Part shown: in pieces, positions 1 through 9,358 of the stretch | How positions within the stretch are numbered: position 1 is the first letter of the stretch | Layout: the number at the start of each line of letters is the position of its first letter | NCBI GenBank assembly: GCA_050486505.1 | Contig: JBJHDK010000019.1 | Coordinates: 1 to 37,307 of the forward strand | Direction: 5' to 3' | Length of the DNA: 37,307 bases | From: Fibrobacteria bacterium | GTDB lineage: Bacteria > Fibrobacterota > Fibrobacteria > UBA11236 | Made by a program: the position numbers and the translations under genes | Notes under the pieces: generated by a model | The model's input: only the letters and a program-made list of their open reading frames with translations | What the model was told of the DNA's origin: nothing | Databases searched by the model: none

Positions 1-1
1 C

Positions 2-352
2 GCCACGGTGACCGTGTGCCACAGCGGTACACCCGATCTGGGACGCTTCACCCGCGAGGCCGACGTGCTTGTGGCCGCGCTGGGGCGCGCCGAGTTCATC
101 ACCGGCGACATGGTGAAGGAGGGGGCCGTGGTGGTGGATGTAGGGATCAACCGCGTCGATGACGCCTCGCGGCCGAAGGGCTATCGCCTGTGCGGCGACG
201 TGGATTTCGTGTCGGTGGAGCCGAAGGCTTCGGCCATCACGCCGGTTCCCGGCGGGGTCGGGCCGATGACCATCGCCATGCTGCTGTCGAACACGGTGTG
301 GTCGGCGGAGCGTGCCGCCGGCATCGAGCGCGCGCAGAATCCGTTTGCCTAA
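2..352 (+). CDS. folD: Bifunctional methylenetetrahydrofolate dehydrogenase/cyclohydrolase, C-terminal part (5' truncated by window)
   Basis: Motifs [36 protein letters not shown]. Confidence 0.96.
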   Translation, partial: ATVTVCHSGTPDLGRFTREADVLVAALGRAEFITGDMVKEGAVVVDVGINRVDDASRPKGYRLCGDVDFVSVEPKASAITPVPGGVGPMTIAMLLSNTVWSAERAAGIERAQNPFA

Positions 353-2265
353 AATCCCGCTGCGGCGCGGTGGGCACCGAATCCCGTGGTGTCGGTCAGT
401 GCGTTCATGAACGCGATGATGTCGTCCATCTCACGGCGGGTCAGACCGAGGCTGTCGGGCGGCAGGGTTTGGTGGGGGACGTCGAGACCGAGCCCGAGTC
501 CGCCGCCTGCGTTGTAGAAATCCATCACGTCCTCAAGGGTCTCCATGCCTCCGTTGTGCATGTATGGGGCGGTCAATTCGACGTTGCGCACGGTCGGCGT
601 CTTGAAGGAACGGAAGAAAATGGGCGCGACGTGCGTGTGCTGCCTGCCGGGATCGGGACTGAGCTCCAGATCGTTTGCGGGGAAGCGGACGGGGACGCCG
701 AGCACCTCGGATTCGGTCTCCAGATAGAAGGGCGGAAGCACGCCGTTGAACGTCGGCGGGAAGTGACAGGTCGCGCAATCCGCCTTGCCCATGAAGAGGT
801 TGAACCCCCGCTTCACTGCCGGGTCGATCCACTCGGTTTCCCCGCGGACGTAGCGGTCGAACTCCGAGTTCCAGCCGCCGAGCGAGCGGATGTACATGGC
901 GATGGCCTTCACCATGGGATTGATGCCGACAGGTTCCCCGAGCTGGGGGAAGGCTTCGCGGAAGAGCCCCGGGTATTCCGGATGATTGCGCAGCCTCCCC
1001 ACCACTTCCAGAAGGGGTACGTTGAATTCGTCCAACCCTTCAATCACCTGCGGGATTTGTTCCTCGAGAGTCTCCGCGCGCATGTCCCAGAACTGCGCGC
1101 CTTGCCAGGCCGCATGGGTCAGCGACGGGGAGTTGCGCTGCAGGAATCCCCCGTTGAACGCGGGGCCGAGTGCCCGGCCGTCCGCGAAGGCCAGCATGGG
1201 TTCGTGGCAGGTCGCGCACGACTGCGTCAGGTTCGCGGAAAGGATCGGATCGAAGAACAGCCGGCGCCCCAAGGCGGCCTGCACCGAATCCGGCTTTTCG
1301 CCGATGGTGCGCGAGTAATAGTGGGGGTCGAGGAAATCGGGGGCGAACAGGTTGCGCGCCGTGGTGCTGACCGGGCGGCGCAGCAGGGGTTCGAAGTCCG
1401 AGAAGGTGGCGATGCCGAGGGCGTGTTGCGCGTCGATGAGGGCCGCGTACAGCGGGTTCCCGCCTTCCCGGATGAAGTCGAGGCGGTCGAAGGCGTCGAA
1501 GTCGCGGCCGCGTGCGAGCATGCGGATCGCGCGGGCATACGCCGATTGCAGCGCGCGCGCGAGGGCCGGGTCGCGCCGCTTCAGCGCGGGGAGGTAGGCA
1601 TCGACGACCGGCCGCATGGCTTCGAGCGCGATGCGCGTCTCGCGCAAGGCATACTCGGTCGCGGGAGAGTCGAAGCCGGTGATCCCCAGCGTCATGGCCT
1701 GGATCACCTGGGCCTGCATGGCTTCGAAGAGCATGCGATCGTCGAGTTCCAGGCGCTCCATTTCGTCGATGAGATCGCGGGTCGCCATTTCGAGGCGCAG
1801 GACCAGCCACTTCAGGGTTTCGTGCTCCCCGTGCGCATCGACTTCGTGCGCGAGTTCCTGGAGGGTTTGCAGCCCCTCGGGTTCGGTGGTTTCGGGAGTG
1901 TGGGGGGAGCTCATGTTGGCCCGCTCCAGCGGGGCGGGGAAGAGCAGCTCCGCCGACCCGGGGTGCGCATAGGCGACCAGGAACTCCATCCGCTTCCATG
2001 CTTCCCGCGTTCGGGCGATCTCCCGGCGCAGGGAGGCGAGGCGGCGGCGCGTGTCGGGAGGATGTTCCACCGCGCGGCCGAGCGACGGCAGTGTTGCCGC
2101 GAACTCGTCGACGCGCTGCGCATAAAGCCGCTCCGCGACCAGGTGGGGAGGATCCGGCTGCGCGGCCACCGCGGGCGCGGCGACCATGAAGCCGGACGCG
2201 AACGCAAGGGCGGCAAGGAACGGGGGCACGCGGCGCGGGCGCGGCGTTGGCAGGGGGCCCGTCAT
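349..2265 (-). CDS. Di-heme cytochrome c peroxidase/MauG-family protein with long N-terminal helical (imelysin-like) extension, secreted
   Basis: Two CATCH heme motifs; [45 protein letters not shown]-terminal signal peptide. Confidence 0.9.
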   Translation of the reverse strand: MTGPLPTPRPRRVPPFLAALAFASGFMVAAPAVAAQPDPPHLVAERLYAQRVDEFAATLPSLGRAVEHPPDTRRRLASLRREIARTREAWKRMEFLVAYAHPGSAELLFPAPLERANMSSPHTPETTEPEGLQTLQELAHEVDAHGEHETLKWLVLRLEMATRDLIDEMERLELDDRMLFEAMQAQVIQAMTLGITGFDSPATEYALRETRIALEAMRPVVDAYLPALKRRDPALARALQSAYARAIRMLARGRDFDAFDRLDFIREGGNPLYAALIDAQHALGIATFSDFEPLLRRPVSTTARNLFAPDFLDPHYYSRTIGEKPDSVQAALGRRLFFDPILSANLTQSCATCHEPMLAFADGRALGPAFNGGFLQRNSPSLTHAAWQGAQFWDMRAETLEEQIPQVIEGLDEFNVPLLEVVGRLRNHPEYPGLFREAFPQLGEPVGINPMVKAIAMYIRSLGGWNSEFDRYVRGETEWIDPAVKRGFNLFMGKADCATCHFPPTFNGVLPPFYLETESEVLGVPVRFPANDLELSPDPGRQHTHVAPIFFRSFKTPTVRNVELTAPYMHNGGMETLEDVMDFYNAGGGLGLGLDVPHQTLPPDSLGLTRREMDDIIAFMNALTDTTGFGAHRAAAGF

Positions 2266-2269
2266 GGGG

Positions 2270-4003
2270 CTACTGCAGAACCAGCTTGTGCGACTCTCCG
2301 CCGGGGAAGCGCAGGTAGTACGATCCGGGGCTCAGGAACGCGATGTCGATGGAGCGGACGTTTCGCCGGTATTCCAGGCGCCTGCCCGCGGCGTTGAAAA
2401 GCTCCACGTCGGTCTGCCGGTCGAAGTAGGCGAAGCGCGAGGCGGCGTTCACCTCGACCTGCAGCCGGTCGGATCGCTTGAACTTTGGGGGATCGAAGAT
2501 CAAGCCGGTGGGATCACCGTAGTAGCCCCACACTGCCAGCGTGTATGAGCGGTTGTAGGGCGCCGGGTTGCCCGACGACGGGTGCTGCACGTTCACGAAC
2601 ATGGTTCTTCCGTCCGGCGTGAAGCGGGCCCCGGTCAGTTCGGCGCCGTGGGGGCCGACCATGAAGCGCTTGAGGTCGTCCACCGTGGGGTTCTGCACGG
2701 CGAGGTCGAGCCAGTACATCTCGCAGACGGTGCGTCCGGCGTTGGCCGCATAGGCGGGCATGCGGCCGAAGGTGTTGCCGTTCAGGTCTTCCTGGATCAC
2801 GAGAAAGGTTCGATCGCCCAACGTGACCTTGGTCAGGCCGTCGGGGTTCGAGAAGTGCTGCCCGCTGTTGCCCGGGCCGCCTTCGAGCAGCACGTCCATC
2901 TTGTGCGTCGCGAGGTCGAGGCGGAGGATGCGCCCGAAGCGGTCGATGATGGAACTGTCCTGGTTCATGCGCTGGGAGAGGTGCAGGGGCAGGGTCGCGC
3001 CCATGCGCACTGCGTTGCGGTGGGCCGTGCCGCTGTTGTCGTTCCCTGTCTCGGTGATGTAGAGCTTGCCGTCATGGTGCACGGCCCACTCGTGGCGGGT
3101 GAACGCCGTCGCGCCCAGCCGGAAGGCCACGGCGCGGGCATCGATCATGCTGTCCAACTGCATCGGCATGGGGATCCAGGATCCGGACTCGCCATCGGAA
3201 GACTGTCGGTAGGCGTAGAGCTGGCCGACGTCGTAGTTTCCCGAATCCTGCGACACGAACTTGAAGAATGCGGCGGGAGTGGCGTCGTCCGTGAGGTAAA
3301 CGGTCTTGCCGTCGGGCATGGGGTAGCCGACCTCATGCGCGTAGCGGCCCATGTTGTAGTGCTTCTTCAGCGCGACGGCGTTGGCGACGTCCACTTCGAC
3401 GATCCAGTTCATGTTCTCGAAGCGCTTGATGTTGCGGGCCACGACCTGTCCGTTGAAGACGGGGATCATCCAGTCGGTGGTGTCGCGGAAGCGGTTGCCG
3501 TTGTTGTAGAGGGAAGAGTTGCTCGTGTATGACCATTCCTCGCCGGTGAGCACCGTACCCCAAGGCGTGATGCCGCCGCCGCAGTTCGCGATGGTGCCGC
3601 CGACGGGTCCGAAATCGACCGAGCGGAAGCGTCCCTTGGGGTGGTCCGCCACATCCCAGGTTCCGTCCTTGAAGTGCGCGGTGAAGACCGTCATGCCCCC
3701 GCCGTCGCCGTGGACGGTGCTGATGACATCCGTCTCGTTGTTGGAGATCACGTAACCGGAATCGCTGCGCCCTTCGATGGGGACGTACCCGATGAAGTCG
3801 AGCCACTCCTTGACGGGCGCGGTCTGCCCCTGCGCGTTGGTGGCGATGTCGGTCTGGGATTGCATCAGGATCTTGGACTGCAGCGGAGCGCCGGGAACGA
3901 TGTGCTCCCGGGTCATGAAGCTCGTGTCAATGGGAGCGAAGGGAACGGTCGCGTGCAGGGGCGTCAAGGACAGAACGAGCGGGGCAAGGATCAGTAAGCG
4001 CAT
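2270..4003 (-). CDS. phoX: PhoX (DUF839) family alkaline phosphatase with signal peptide and C-terminal sorting-like domain
   Basis: NCGGGITPWGTVLTGEE, GRYAHE, SNPDGL, IQED, GAELTG..FTPDGRTMFVNVQHP; ATG at 4003 preceded by GGAG; C-terminal LFNAAG...LSPGSYYLR...KLVLQ resembles a T9SS CTD. Confidence 0.88.
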   Translation of the reverse strand: MRLLILAPLVLSLTPLHATVPFAPIDTSFMTREHIVPGAPLQSKILMQSQTDIATNAQGQTAPVKEWLDFIGYVPIEGRSDSGYVISNNETDVISTVHGDGGGMTVFTAHFKDGTWDVADHPKGRFRSVDFGPVGGTIANCGGGITPWGTVLTGEEWSYTSNSSLYNNGNRFRDTTDWMIPVFNGQVVARNIKRFENMNWIVEVDVANAVALKKHYNMGRYAHEVGYPMPDGKTVYLTDDATPAAFFKFVSQDSGNYDVGQLYAYRQSSDGESGSWIPMPMQLDSMIDARAVAFRLGATAFTRHEWAVHHDGKLYITETGNDNSGTAHRNAVRMGATLPLHLSQRMNQDSSIIDRFGRILRLDLATHKMDVLLEGGPGNSGQHFSNPDGLTKVTLGDRTFLVIQEDLNGNTFGRMPAYAANAGRTVCEMYWLDLAVQNPTVDDLKRFMVGPHGAELTGARFTPDGRTMFVNVQHPSSGNPAPYNRSYTLAVWGYYGDPTGLIFDPPKFKRSDRLQVEVNAASRFAYFDRQTDVELFNAAGRRLEYRRNVRSIDIAFLSPGSYYLRFPGGESHKLVLQ

Positions 4004-4290
4004 TGGCGGCTCCAGGGGTGCGGGACGGCGAACGGACGAAACGCCAACAACGCCGAAGTGAACGGTTTTCAATCTATCCCTTGAAGGGGATTTGATGTTG
4101 CTGAAATCAAGCACGACGTCACCACGTCACGGTTTCACGCTTGTTTCCGGCAGGATGCGGGAGTCCGGGTTCGGTGGGAGAGCGTTTGCAGGGAATCTCC
4201 GACGCCGCCTTGCCCCGTGCGGGGCCCCCTCCAGAGGCGTTTTTTAATAGCTTTGACCCCTCCAACGACGTCCCGAAACCGCCGGATTTC

Positions 4291-5181
4291 ATGATTTCTG
4301 CAGAAACACACCCTGCCGCCGCGGCGGAAGAGTATCTCCGCTACGCATCGGAGCGCGTCAACCGCGCCCTGGATGTGTTCCTCCCTTCCGAACACGCGAT
4401 TCCGACGGAACTTCACAAGGCCGAACGCTACTCGATGTTCGCGGGGGGCAAGCGGCTCAGGCCCGCCCTGTGCATGGCGGCCTTCGAGGCCTGCGGCGGT
4501 CGCGGGGACTCGGTGCTCCCCGCCGCCTGCGCGCTCGAGATGGTGCACACCTTTTCGCTCATCCACGACGACCTCCCCTGCATGGACGACGACGACTTCC
4601 GTCGCGGTCGCCCCACCAACCACAAGGTGTTCGGCGAGGCCATGGCCGTGTTGGCCGGGGACGCCCTGCTCGTGCAGGCGTTTGGTCTCGTCGCGGGCAC
4701 CGGGAACACCGCCTGCGTCGCGACCCTTGCCGAGTCCCTCGGCTCTGAGGGCATGCTGGGCGGTCAGGTCGTCGACATCCTCAGCGAAGGCAAGTCCGTC
4801 GATCTTGAGACCGTGGACTACATCCATCGCCACAAGACCGCGGCTCTCATCGCCGGATCCCTCGTCATGGGCGCGCAGATGGCCGGCGCGGAGCAACCCG
4901 TTGTCGAAGGCCTCCGCGCCTTCGGCTACAAGATCGGCCTCGGATTCCAGATCGTGGACGACTGTCTCGACATCGAGCAGACCACCGAGGTTCTGGGCAA
5001 GGATGCGGGATCCGACCTCGAGAACGGCAAGGCGACCTATCCCGCCCTCATCGGGCTGGAGGCATCGAAGCAAAAGGCGACCGGGCTGATCGAATCGGCC
5101 ATCGCCGACTTGCGCTCGCTCCCCGTCGAGGGCGTGGTGCTGGAGGCCGTCGCCCGCTACATTTTTACACGCGTCAACTGA
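4291..5181 (+). CDS. ispA: Polyprenyl (farnesyl/geranylgeranyl) diphosphate synthase
   Basis: GGKRLRP, SLIHDDLPCMDDDDFRRG (FARM), FQIVDDCLD (SARM); directly upstream of dxs. Confidence 0.93.
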   Translation: MISAETHPAAAAEEYLRYASERVNRALDVFLPSEHAIPTELHKAERYSMFAGGKRLRPALCMAAFEACGGRGDSVLPAACALEMVHTFSLIHDDLPCMDDDDFRRGRPTNHKVFGEAMAVLAGDALLVQAFGLVAGTGNTACVATLAESLGSEGMLGGQVVDILSEGKSVDLETVDYIHRHKTAALIAGSLVMGAQMAGAEQPVVEGLRAFGYKIGLGFQIVDDCLDIEQTTEVLGKDAGSDLENGKATYPALIGLEASKQKATGLIESAIADLRSLPVEGVVLEAVARYIFTRVN

Positions 5182-5190
5182 CACAACCCC

Positions 5191-7101
5191 GTGGAACGTC
5201 CCTGCATGCTGGAAAACATCAACTCTCCCGCCGACCTCAAGAGCCTGAAGATCGATCAACTCAAGGAGTTGGCCGGCGAAATGCGGGACACCATCGTGCG
5301 TCAGGTGGCGGCCAAGGGTGGCCACCTCGCGAGCAGCCTTGGCACCGTCGACCTCACGCTCGCCGTTCACTACGTCTACAACGCGCCTGAAGACAAGGTC
5401 GTGTGGGACACGGGGCACCAGGCCTACCCGCACAAGCTTGTCACGGGCCGCTACAAGGACTTCCACACATTGAAGCAGTTCGGGGGGCTCTCCGGGTTCC
5501 TCAAGCGCGATGAAAGCCCCTACGATGCTTTCGGGGCCGGGCATGCGACCACCTCCCTCGCGGCCGCGCTGGGAATGGCCGCCGCGCGCTCGAAGCTGGG
5601 CAAGACCCACGACGTAATCGGCATCATCGGTGACGGTTCGATGACGGGCGGCATGGCTTACGAGGCGCTCAACAACGCCGGTGAAATCGATGAAAAAGTC
5701 GTGTTCATCCTGAACGACAACAAGATGTCGATCTCCACCAATGTGGGCGCCATCTCGAAGTACTTCAACCGCATCCTCACCAACCCGACCTACAACAAGG
5801 TCAAGGACGAACTGTGGGACCTCGCGGGCAAGATGCCGCAGGGCAAGCATATCCAGAAGCTGATGGCCAGCGCCGACCGCGGCATCCGCCGCATGATCGT
5901 GCCCGGCGGCTTCTTCGAGGATCTCGGCATCCGCTATTTCGGTCCGGTGGACGGCCACGACATCGAGGCGTTGATCGAGATCCTCGGTGCGGTCAAGGAA
6001 CTGCCCGGCCCCAACCTCATCCACGTGGTGACCACCAAGGGCTACGGGTGGGACAAGTCGGAGGCGGACGCCATCAAGTGGCATGCCTCCAACCCGTTCG
6101 ACATCGAGTCGGGCAAGCTCAAGGCCGCGCCCGCGGCAACGCCCGGCCTCACCAAGGTGTTCGGCGAGGCCATCACCGAACTGGCGCAGAAGGACAAGCG
6201 CATCATCGGCATCACGGGAGCCATGCCCGAAGGCTGTGGCCTCAACATCATGGCCAAGGCACTGCCCGACCGCGTGTACGACGTGGGCATCGCCGAGGAA
6301 TACGCGGTGACCTTCGCCGCCGGCGCGGCCTGCGACGGCCTCAAGCCCGTGGTGGCCGTCTATTCCACCTTCCTGCAGCGCGCTTTCGACCAGGTGGTGC
6401 ACGACGTGGCCATTCAGCACCTGAACGTCACCTTCGTGCTCGACCGCGCGGGCCTCGTCGGTCTCGACGGTCCCACGCACCATGGCGCGATGGACCTCAG
6501 CTACTTGGGCATGATTCCCGGAATGGTCATTCTCGCGCCCTCCGACGAAAAGGAATTGCGCAACCTGCTGCACACCGCGCTTGAATACAACGACGGCCCC
6601 ATCGCCGTTCGTTACCCGCGCGGCAACGCGGAGGCGCCCGATGAAAAGCTTCCCTTCGAGACCTTGCCGATCGGGATCCCGCGCGTGGTCGAGGAGGGCG
6701 ATGATGTCCTCATCCTCGCCGTGGGGCACATGCTCAAGTACGCCAGACAGGCCGCGGCCACGCTGCGCGCCGAGGGCCACAACCCCACGGTGGTGGACGT
6801 CCGCACGGTCAAACCCCTGAACCGCGAAGTCTATGACGCCCTGTTCGCCCGCCATCGTGCCGTGCTGACCGTGGAGGACAACGTCCTGCAGGGCGGCTAC
6901 GGCAGCGCCGTTCTCCACTTGCTCGGGGACTTGGGCCGCGGCGACATGCCCGTCAAGCACATCTCCCTTCCCGACGAGTTCGTGACCCACGGGGAAGTCC
7001 CCGTGCTGCATCGCATCCTCGGAATGGACGCCGAGGGCATTCACAAGAAAGCGCTGGAACTGCTCAACCAGAACGCGCCGGTGGACGGCCCGCGCGTCTG
7101 A
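5191..7101 (+). CDS. dxs: 1-deoxy-D-xylulose-5-phosphate synthase
   Basis: GGHLASSLG, WDTGHQAYPHK, GDGSMTGGMAYEALNN, YSTFLQRAFDQ, DRAGLVGLDGPTHHG. Confidence 0.98.
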   Translation: MERPCMLENINSPADLKSLKIDQLKELAGEMRDTIVRQVAAKGGHLASSLGTVDLTLAVHYVYNAPEDKVVWDTGHQAYPHKLVTGRYKDFHTLKQFGGLSGFLKRDESPYDAFGAGHATTSLAAALGMAAARSKLGKTHDVIGIIGDGSMTGGMAYEALNNAGEIDEKVVFILNDNKMSISTNVGAISKYFNRILTNPTYNKVKDELWDLAGKMPQGKHIQKLMASADRGIRRMIVPGGFFEDLGIRYFGPVDGHDIEALIEILGAVKELPGPNLIHVVTTKGYGWDKSEADAIKWHASNPFDIESGKLKAAPAATPGLTKVFGEAITELAQKDKRIIGITGAMPEGCGLNIMAKALPDRVYDVGIAEEYAVTFAAGAACDGLKPVVAVYSTFLQRAFDQVVHDVAIQHLNVTFVLDRAGLVGLDGPTHHGAMDLSYLGMIPGMVILAPSDEKELRNLLHTALEYNDGPIAVRYPRGNAEAPDEKLPFETLPIGIPRVVEEGDDVLILAVGHMLKYARQAAATLRAEGHNPTVVDVRTVKPLNREVYDALFARHRAVLTVEDNVLQGGYGSAVLHLLGDLGRGDMPVKHISLPDEFVTHGEVPVLHRILGMDAEGIHKKALELLNQNAPVDGPRV

Positions 7102-7154
7102 ACGCCGGCCCCCTCCACCGCGTCGCCCACAAGTCTCACCCCCCGGAATCCCAC

Positions 7155-8450
7155 ATGACCGCAGCCGCAGACGACGCCAAGAACCCCGGTGAAAAGTCCT
7201 CCTCCGGAGGCGATTTCGACCTGCCGGGCTTCAAGGCCGGGGCGCAGAAGCCGGGCGGCGACGCCAAGGGGCCTAAGCGCGCGGGCAAGCTTCCGCCGGG
7301 ATTCAAGGGGGCGCCCGAACGGCCTGCACGTCCCGAAGGGCGCGTGACGCGCAAGCCTCCCCAGCCGGGAGATGCGCCGCGCCGCAAGTTCGAGGGCGAC
7401 TTCCGCCCCGCCCGCGGCGATCGCGAGGGGGGAAAGCCTCCGTTCAAAAAATCCTACGGCGACAGGCCGGCGCGCCCCTACGGAGACAAGGGTGCACGCG
7501 GGGGGTACGGTGACCGTCCGCCGCGTCCTTATGGGGATCGCCCCGCCCGCGGGGGGTACGGGGATAAACCCGCCTGGAAATCAGACGGTCCCCGCAAGCC
7601 CTATGGGGATCGCGATCGGGGCGCTCCGCGTCGCGGGTTCGACGGTCCCAAGCCCGCTTGGAAGCCGGCCGAAGAGTTCAAGCCGGCGATTTCTCCCGCG
7701 GTCAAGAAGTTCCTGCCGCTGCTCACCGAAAAGGGACGCCACAAGGATTCGCGCTTCCTGATCGAGGGCGCGAAGAACGTCGCCGACGTGGTGACATTGT
7801 CTCCTGGCATCATCTACGCCGTGCTGGTGGCAGAGGATTTCTCCGACATCGCGCTGCGCGAGAAGGTGCGCGCCCTCAAGCTGCATACCCAGGTGGTTCC
7901 GGCGCAAGAGCTGAACGCCTTGTGCGGCACCGAGACGCCCCAGGGTATCGTGGCGGTGGCCAGCTTCGGTGCGCTGCGCCCCGACTGGGCGAAGATCCAG
8001 ACCGTGACCTTGATCGACGGCGTGCAGGATCCGGGCAATCTCGGCGCGATCCTGCGGACCTCCGCGGCATTGGGCATGGATGCGGTGGTGCTCGGCAAGG
8101 GGACCTGCGATGCCTATAATCCCAAGGTGGTGCGCGCTTCGGCGGCTTCCCTGCTGCGCCTGCCGCTGGAGACGGGCGAAGACCTGGCCTCGAAGATCCA
8201 CTTTCTGCGCCTCAAGGGTTTCACCGTCGTCGCCACGTCGCCGCATGCGAAGATCACGCTGGAGCAGGCCAAGCTGCGCAAGAAGGTCGCCCTTCTCTTC
8301 GGCAACGAAGGAGGCGGGGTCGGCGAGAACCTGATCGACCAGGCCGACGCCATCGTGCGCATTCCCATGAAGGGCAAGGTCGAGTCGCTCAACGTCGCCG
8401 TCGCGCACGGGCTGCTGACGTATGATTTGATGCGACTGAGGCAGAATTAG
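7155..8450 (+). CDS. TrmH/SpoU family RNA methyltransferase with long low-complexity N-terminal extension
   Basis: FLIEG, ETPQGIVA, QDPGNLGAILRT, FGNEGGG, IPMKGKVESLNVAVA (SPOUT motifs). Confidence 0.93.
   Translation: MTAAADDAKNPGEKSSSGGDFDLPGFKAGAQKPGGDAKGPKRAGKLPPGFKGAPERPARPEGRVTRKPPQPGDAPRRKFEGDFRPARGDREGGKPPFKKSYGDRPARPYGDKGARGGYGDRPPRPYGDRPARGGYGDKPAWKSDGPRKPYGDRDRGAPRRGFDGPKPAWKPAEEFKPAISPAVKKFLPLLTEKGRHKDSRFLIEGAKNVADVVTLSPGIIYAVLVAEDFSDIALREKVRALKLHTQVVPAQELNALCGTETPQGIVAVASFGALRPDWAKIQTVTLIDGVQDPGNLGAILRTSAALGMDAVVLGKGTCDAYNPKVVRASAASLLRLPLETGEDLASKIHFLRLKGFTVVATSPHAKITLEQAKLRKKVALLFGNEGGGVGENLIDQADAIVRIPMKGKVESLNVAVAHGLLTYDLMRLRQN
7452..7620 (+). repeat. Coding repeat: six YGD(R/K)-containing units in an R/G/P-rich region
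   Basis: SYGDRPARPYGDKGARGGYGDRPPRPYGDRPARGGYGDKPAW...PYGDRDRG. Confidence 0.85.
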
Positions 8451-8606
8451 GAATTAAGAATTAAGAATTAAGAATTAAGAATGAAGCCGTGCGGGGGGTG
8501 CATGAGTATGAGATTGCATGACTGGATGCTGTAATACGCATGGAAGTTTCACACAAACCTTTACCTTGCGTTCAATTCTTAATTCCTAATTCCTAATTCT
8601 TAATTC
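8444..8606. repeat. Inverted heptamer-array element 1
   Basis: GAATTAG(GAATTAA)4 GAATGAA at 8444-8485; 85-nt spacer; TTCAATTC TTAATTC CTAATTC CTAATTC TTAATTC at 8571-8606. Confidence 0.95.
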
Positions 8607-8610
8607 TCCC

Positions 8611-9195
8611 GTGTCCCTCCGCCTCATTCCCACCTACAACGCGCCTGTCGTCCTGACCTTCGCGTTGTTGGCGTCGCTGGTGCACCTGGGGAACGTGTAC
8701 AGCGACGGCCTGCTCGCGCCCGCATACTTCGCCTCGCTGCCGGGATTCGATTACGCGTCGCCTTGGTCGTGGTTCCGGCTCGTGTCGCACGTGCTGGGGC
8801 ACAACGACCTCGTGCACCTCGCGGCGAACTTCGCCATCATCCTGTTGGTCGGGCCGATCCTGGAAGAGAAGTACGGAAGTCGTCCCCTCCTGTGGATGAT
8901 CCTTGTCACCGCGCTGGTGACGGGGGCTCTCAACGCGGCGTTCTTCAGCACGGGGCTGATGGGCGCGAGCGGCATCGTGTTCATGATGATCCTGCTGGGA
9001 TCCTTCGCGAACAGCCGGGCGGGGGAGATTCCCCTGACCTTTCTGCTGGTTGTGGGCATTTATCTCGCCGGCGAAGTCAGCGCGGCCTTCGAGGACGACG
9101 GTGTTTCGCGCTTTGCCCATCTCCTCGGCGGCCTGTGCGGCACGGTGTTCGGGTTTTGGAGGGGAGGAACGCAGAGAGGGAGAATCAGGAATTAA
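8611..9195 (+). CDS. Rhomboid-family intramembrane serine protease
   Basis: HLAAN, GASG catalytic Ser motif, AHLLGG catalytic His, several TM helices. Confidence 0.9.
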   Translation: MSLRLIPTYNAPVVLTFALLASLVHLGNVYSDGLLAPAYFASLPGFDYASPWSWFRLVSHVLGHNDLVHLAANFAIILLVGPILEEKYGSRPLLWMILVTALVTGALNAAFFSTGLMGASGIVFMMILLGSFANSRAGEIPLTFLLVVGIYLAGEVSAAFEDDGVSRFAHLLGGLCGTVFGFWRGGTQRGRIRN

Positions 9196-9352
9196 GAATT
9201 AGGAATTAAGAATTAAGAATTAAGAATGAAGGGAAGATGCTTTGATGACAGGGATTCGTGACCTTCACTGAATAGGCCTCCGGACACCGACATCAGCCCA
9301 ACCTTTGTGTTCAATTCTTAATTCTTAATTCTTAATTCGTAATTCGTAATTT
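9182..9352. repeat. Inverted heptamer-array element 2
   Basis: Seven GAATNAN units ending in GAATGAA at 9182-9230; 79-nt spacer; TTCAATTC (TTAATTC)3 GTAATTC GTAATTT at 9310-9352. Confidence 0.95.
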
Positions 9353-9358
9353 TCCCCC

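Noticed and set aside
190..2397. 735-aa plus-strand ORF
   Set aside because: Antisense shadow of the peroxidase gene caused by high-GC codon bias; no recognisable motifs
4135..7044. 969-aa minus-strand ORF
   Set aside because: Antisense in-register shadow of ispA-dxs; the same applies to long antisense ORFs over trpB, the aroA-like gene and recN
8444..9352. Heptamer elements as a CRISPR array or integron attC sites
   Set aside because: Arms are inverted tandem 7-mers, not 23-47-nt direct repeats; no cas or integrase gene in the window; no RYYYAAC/GTTRRRY ends
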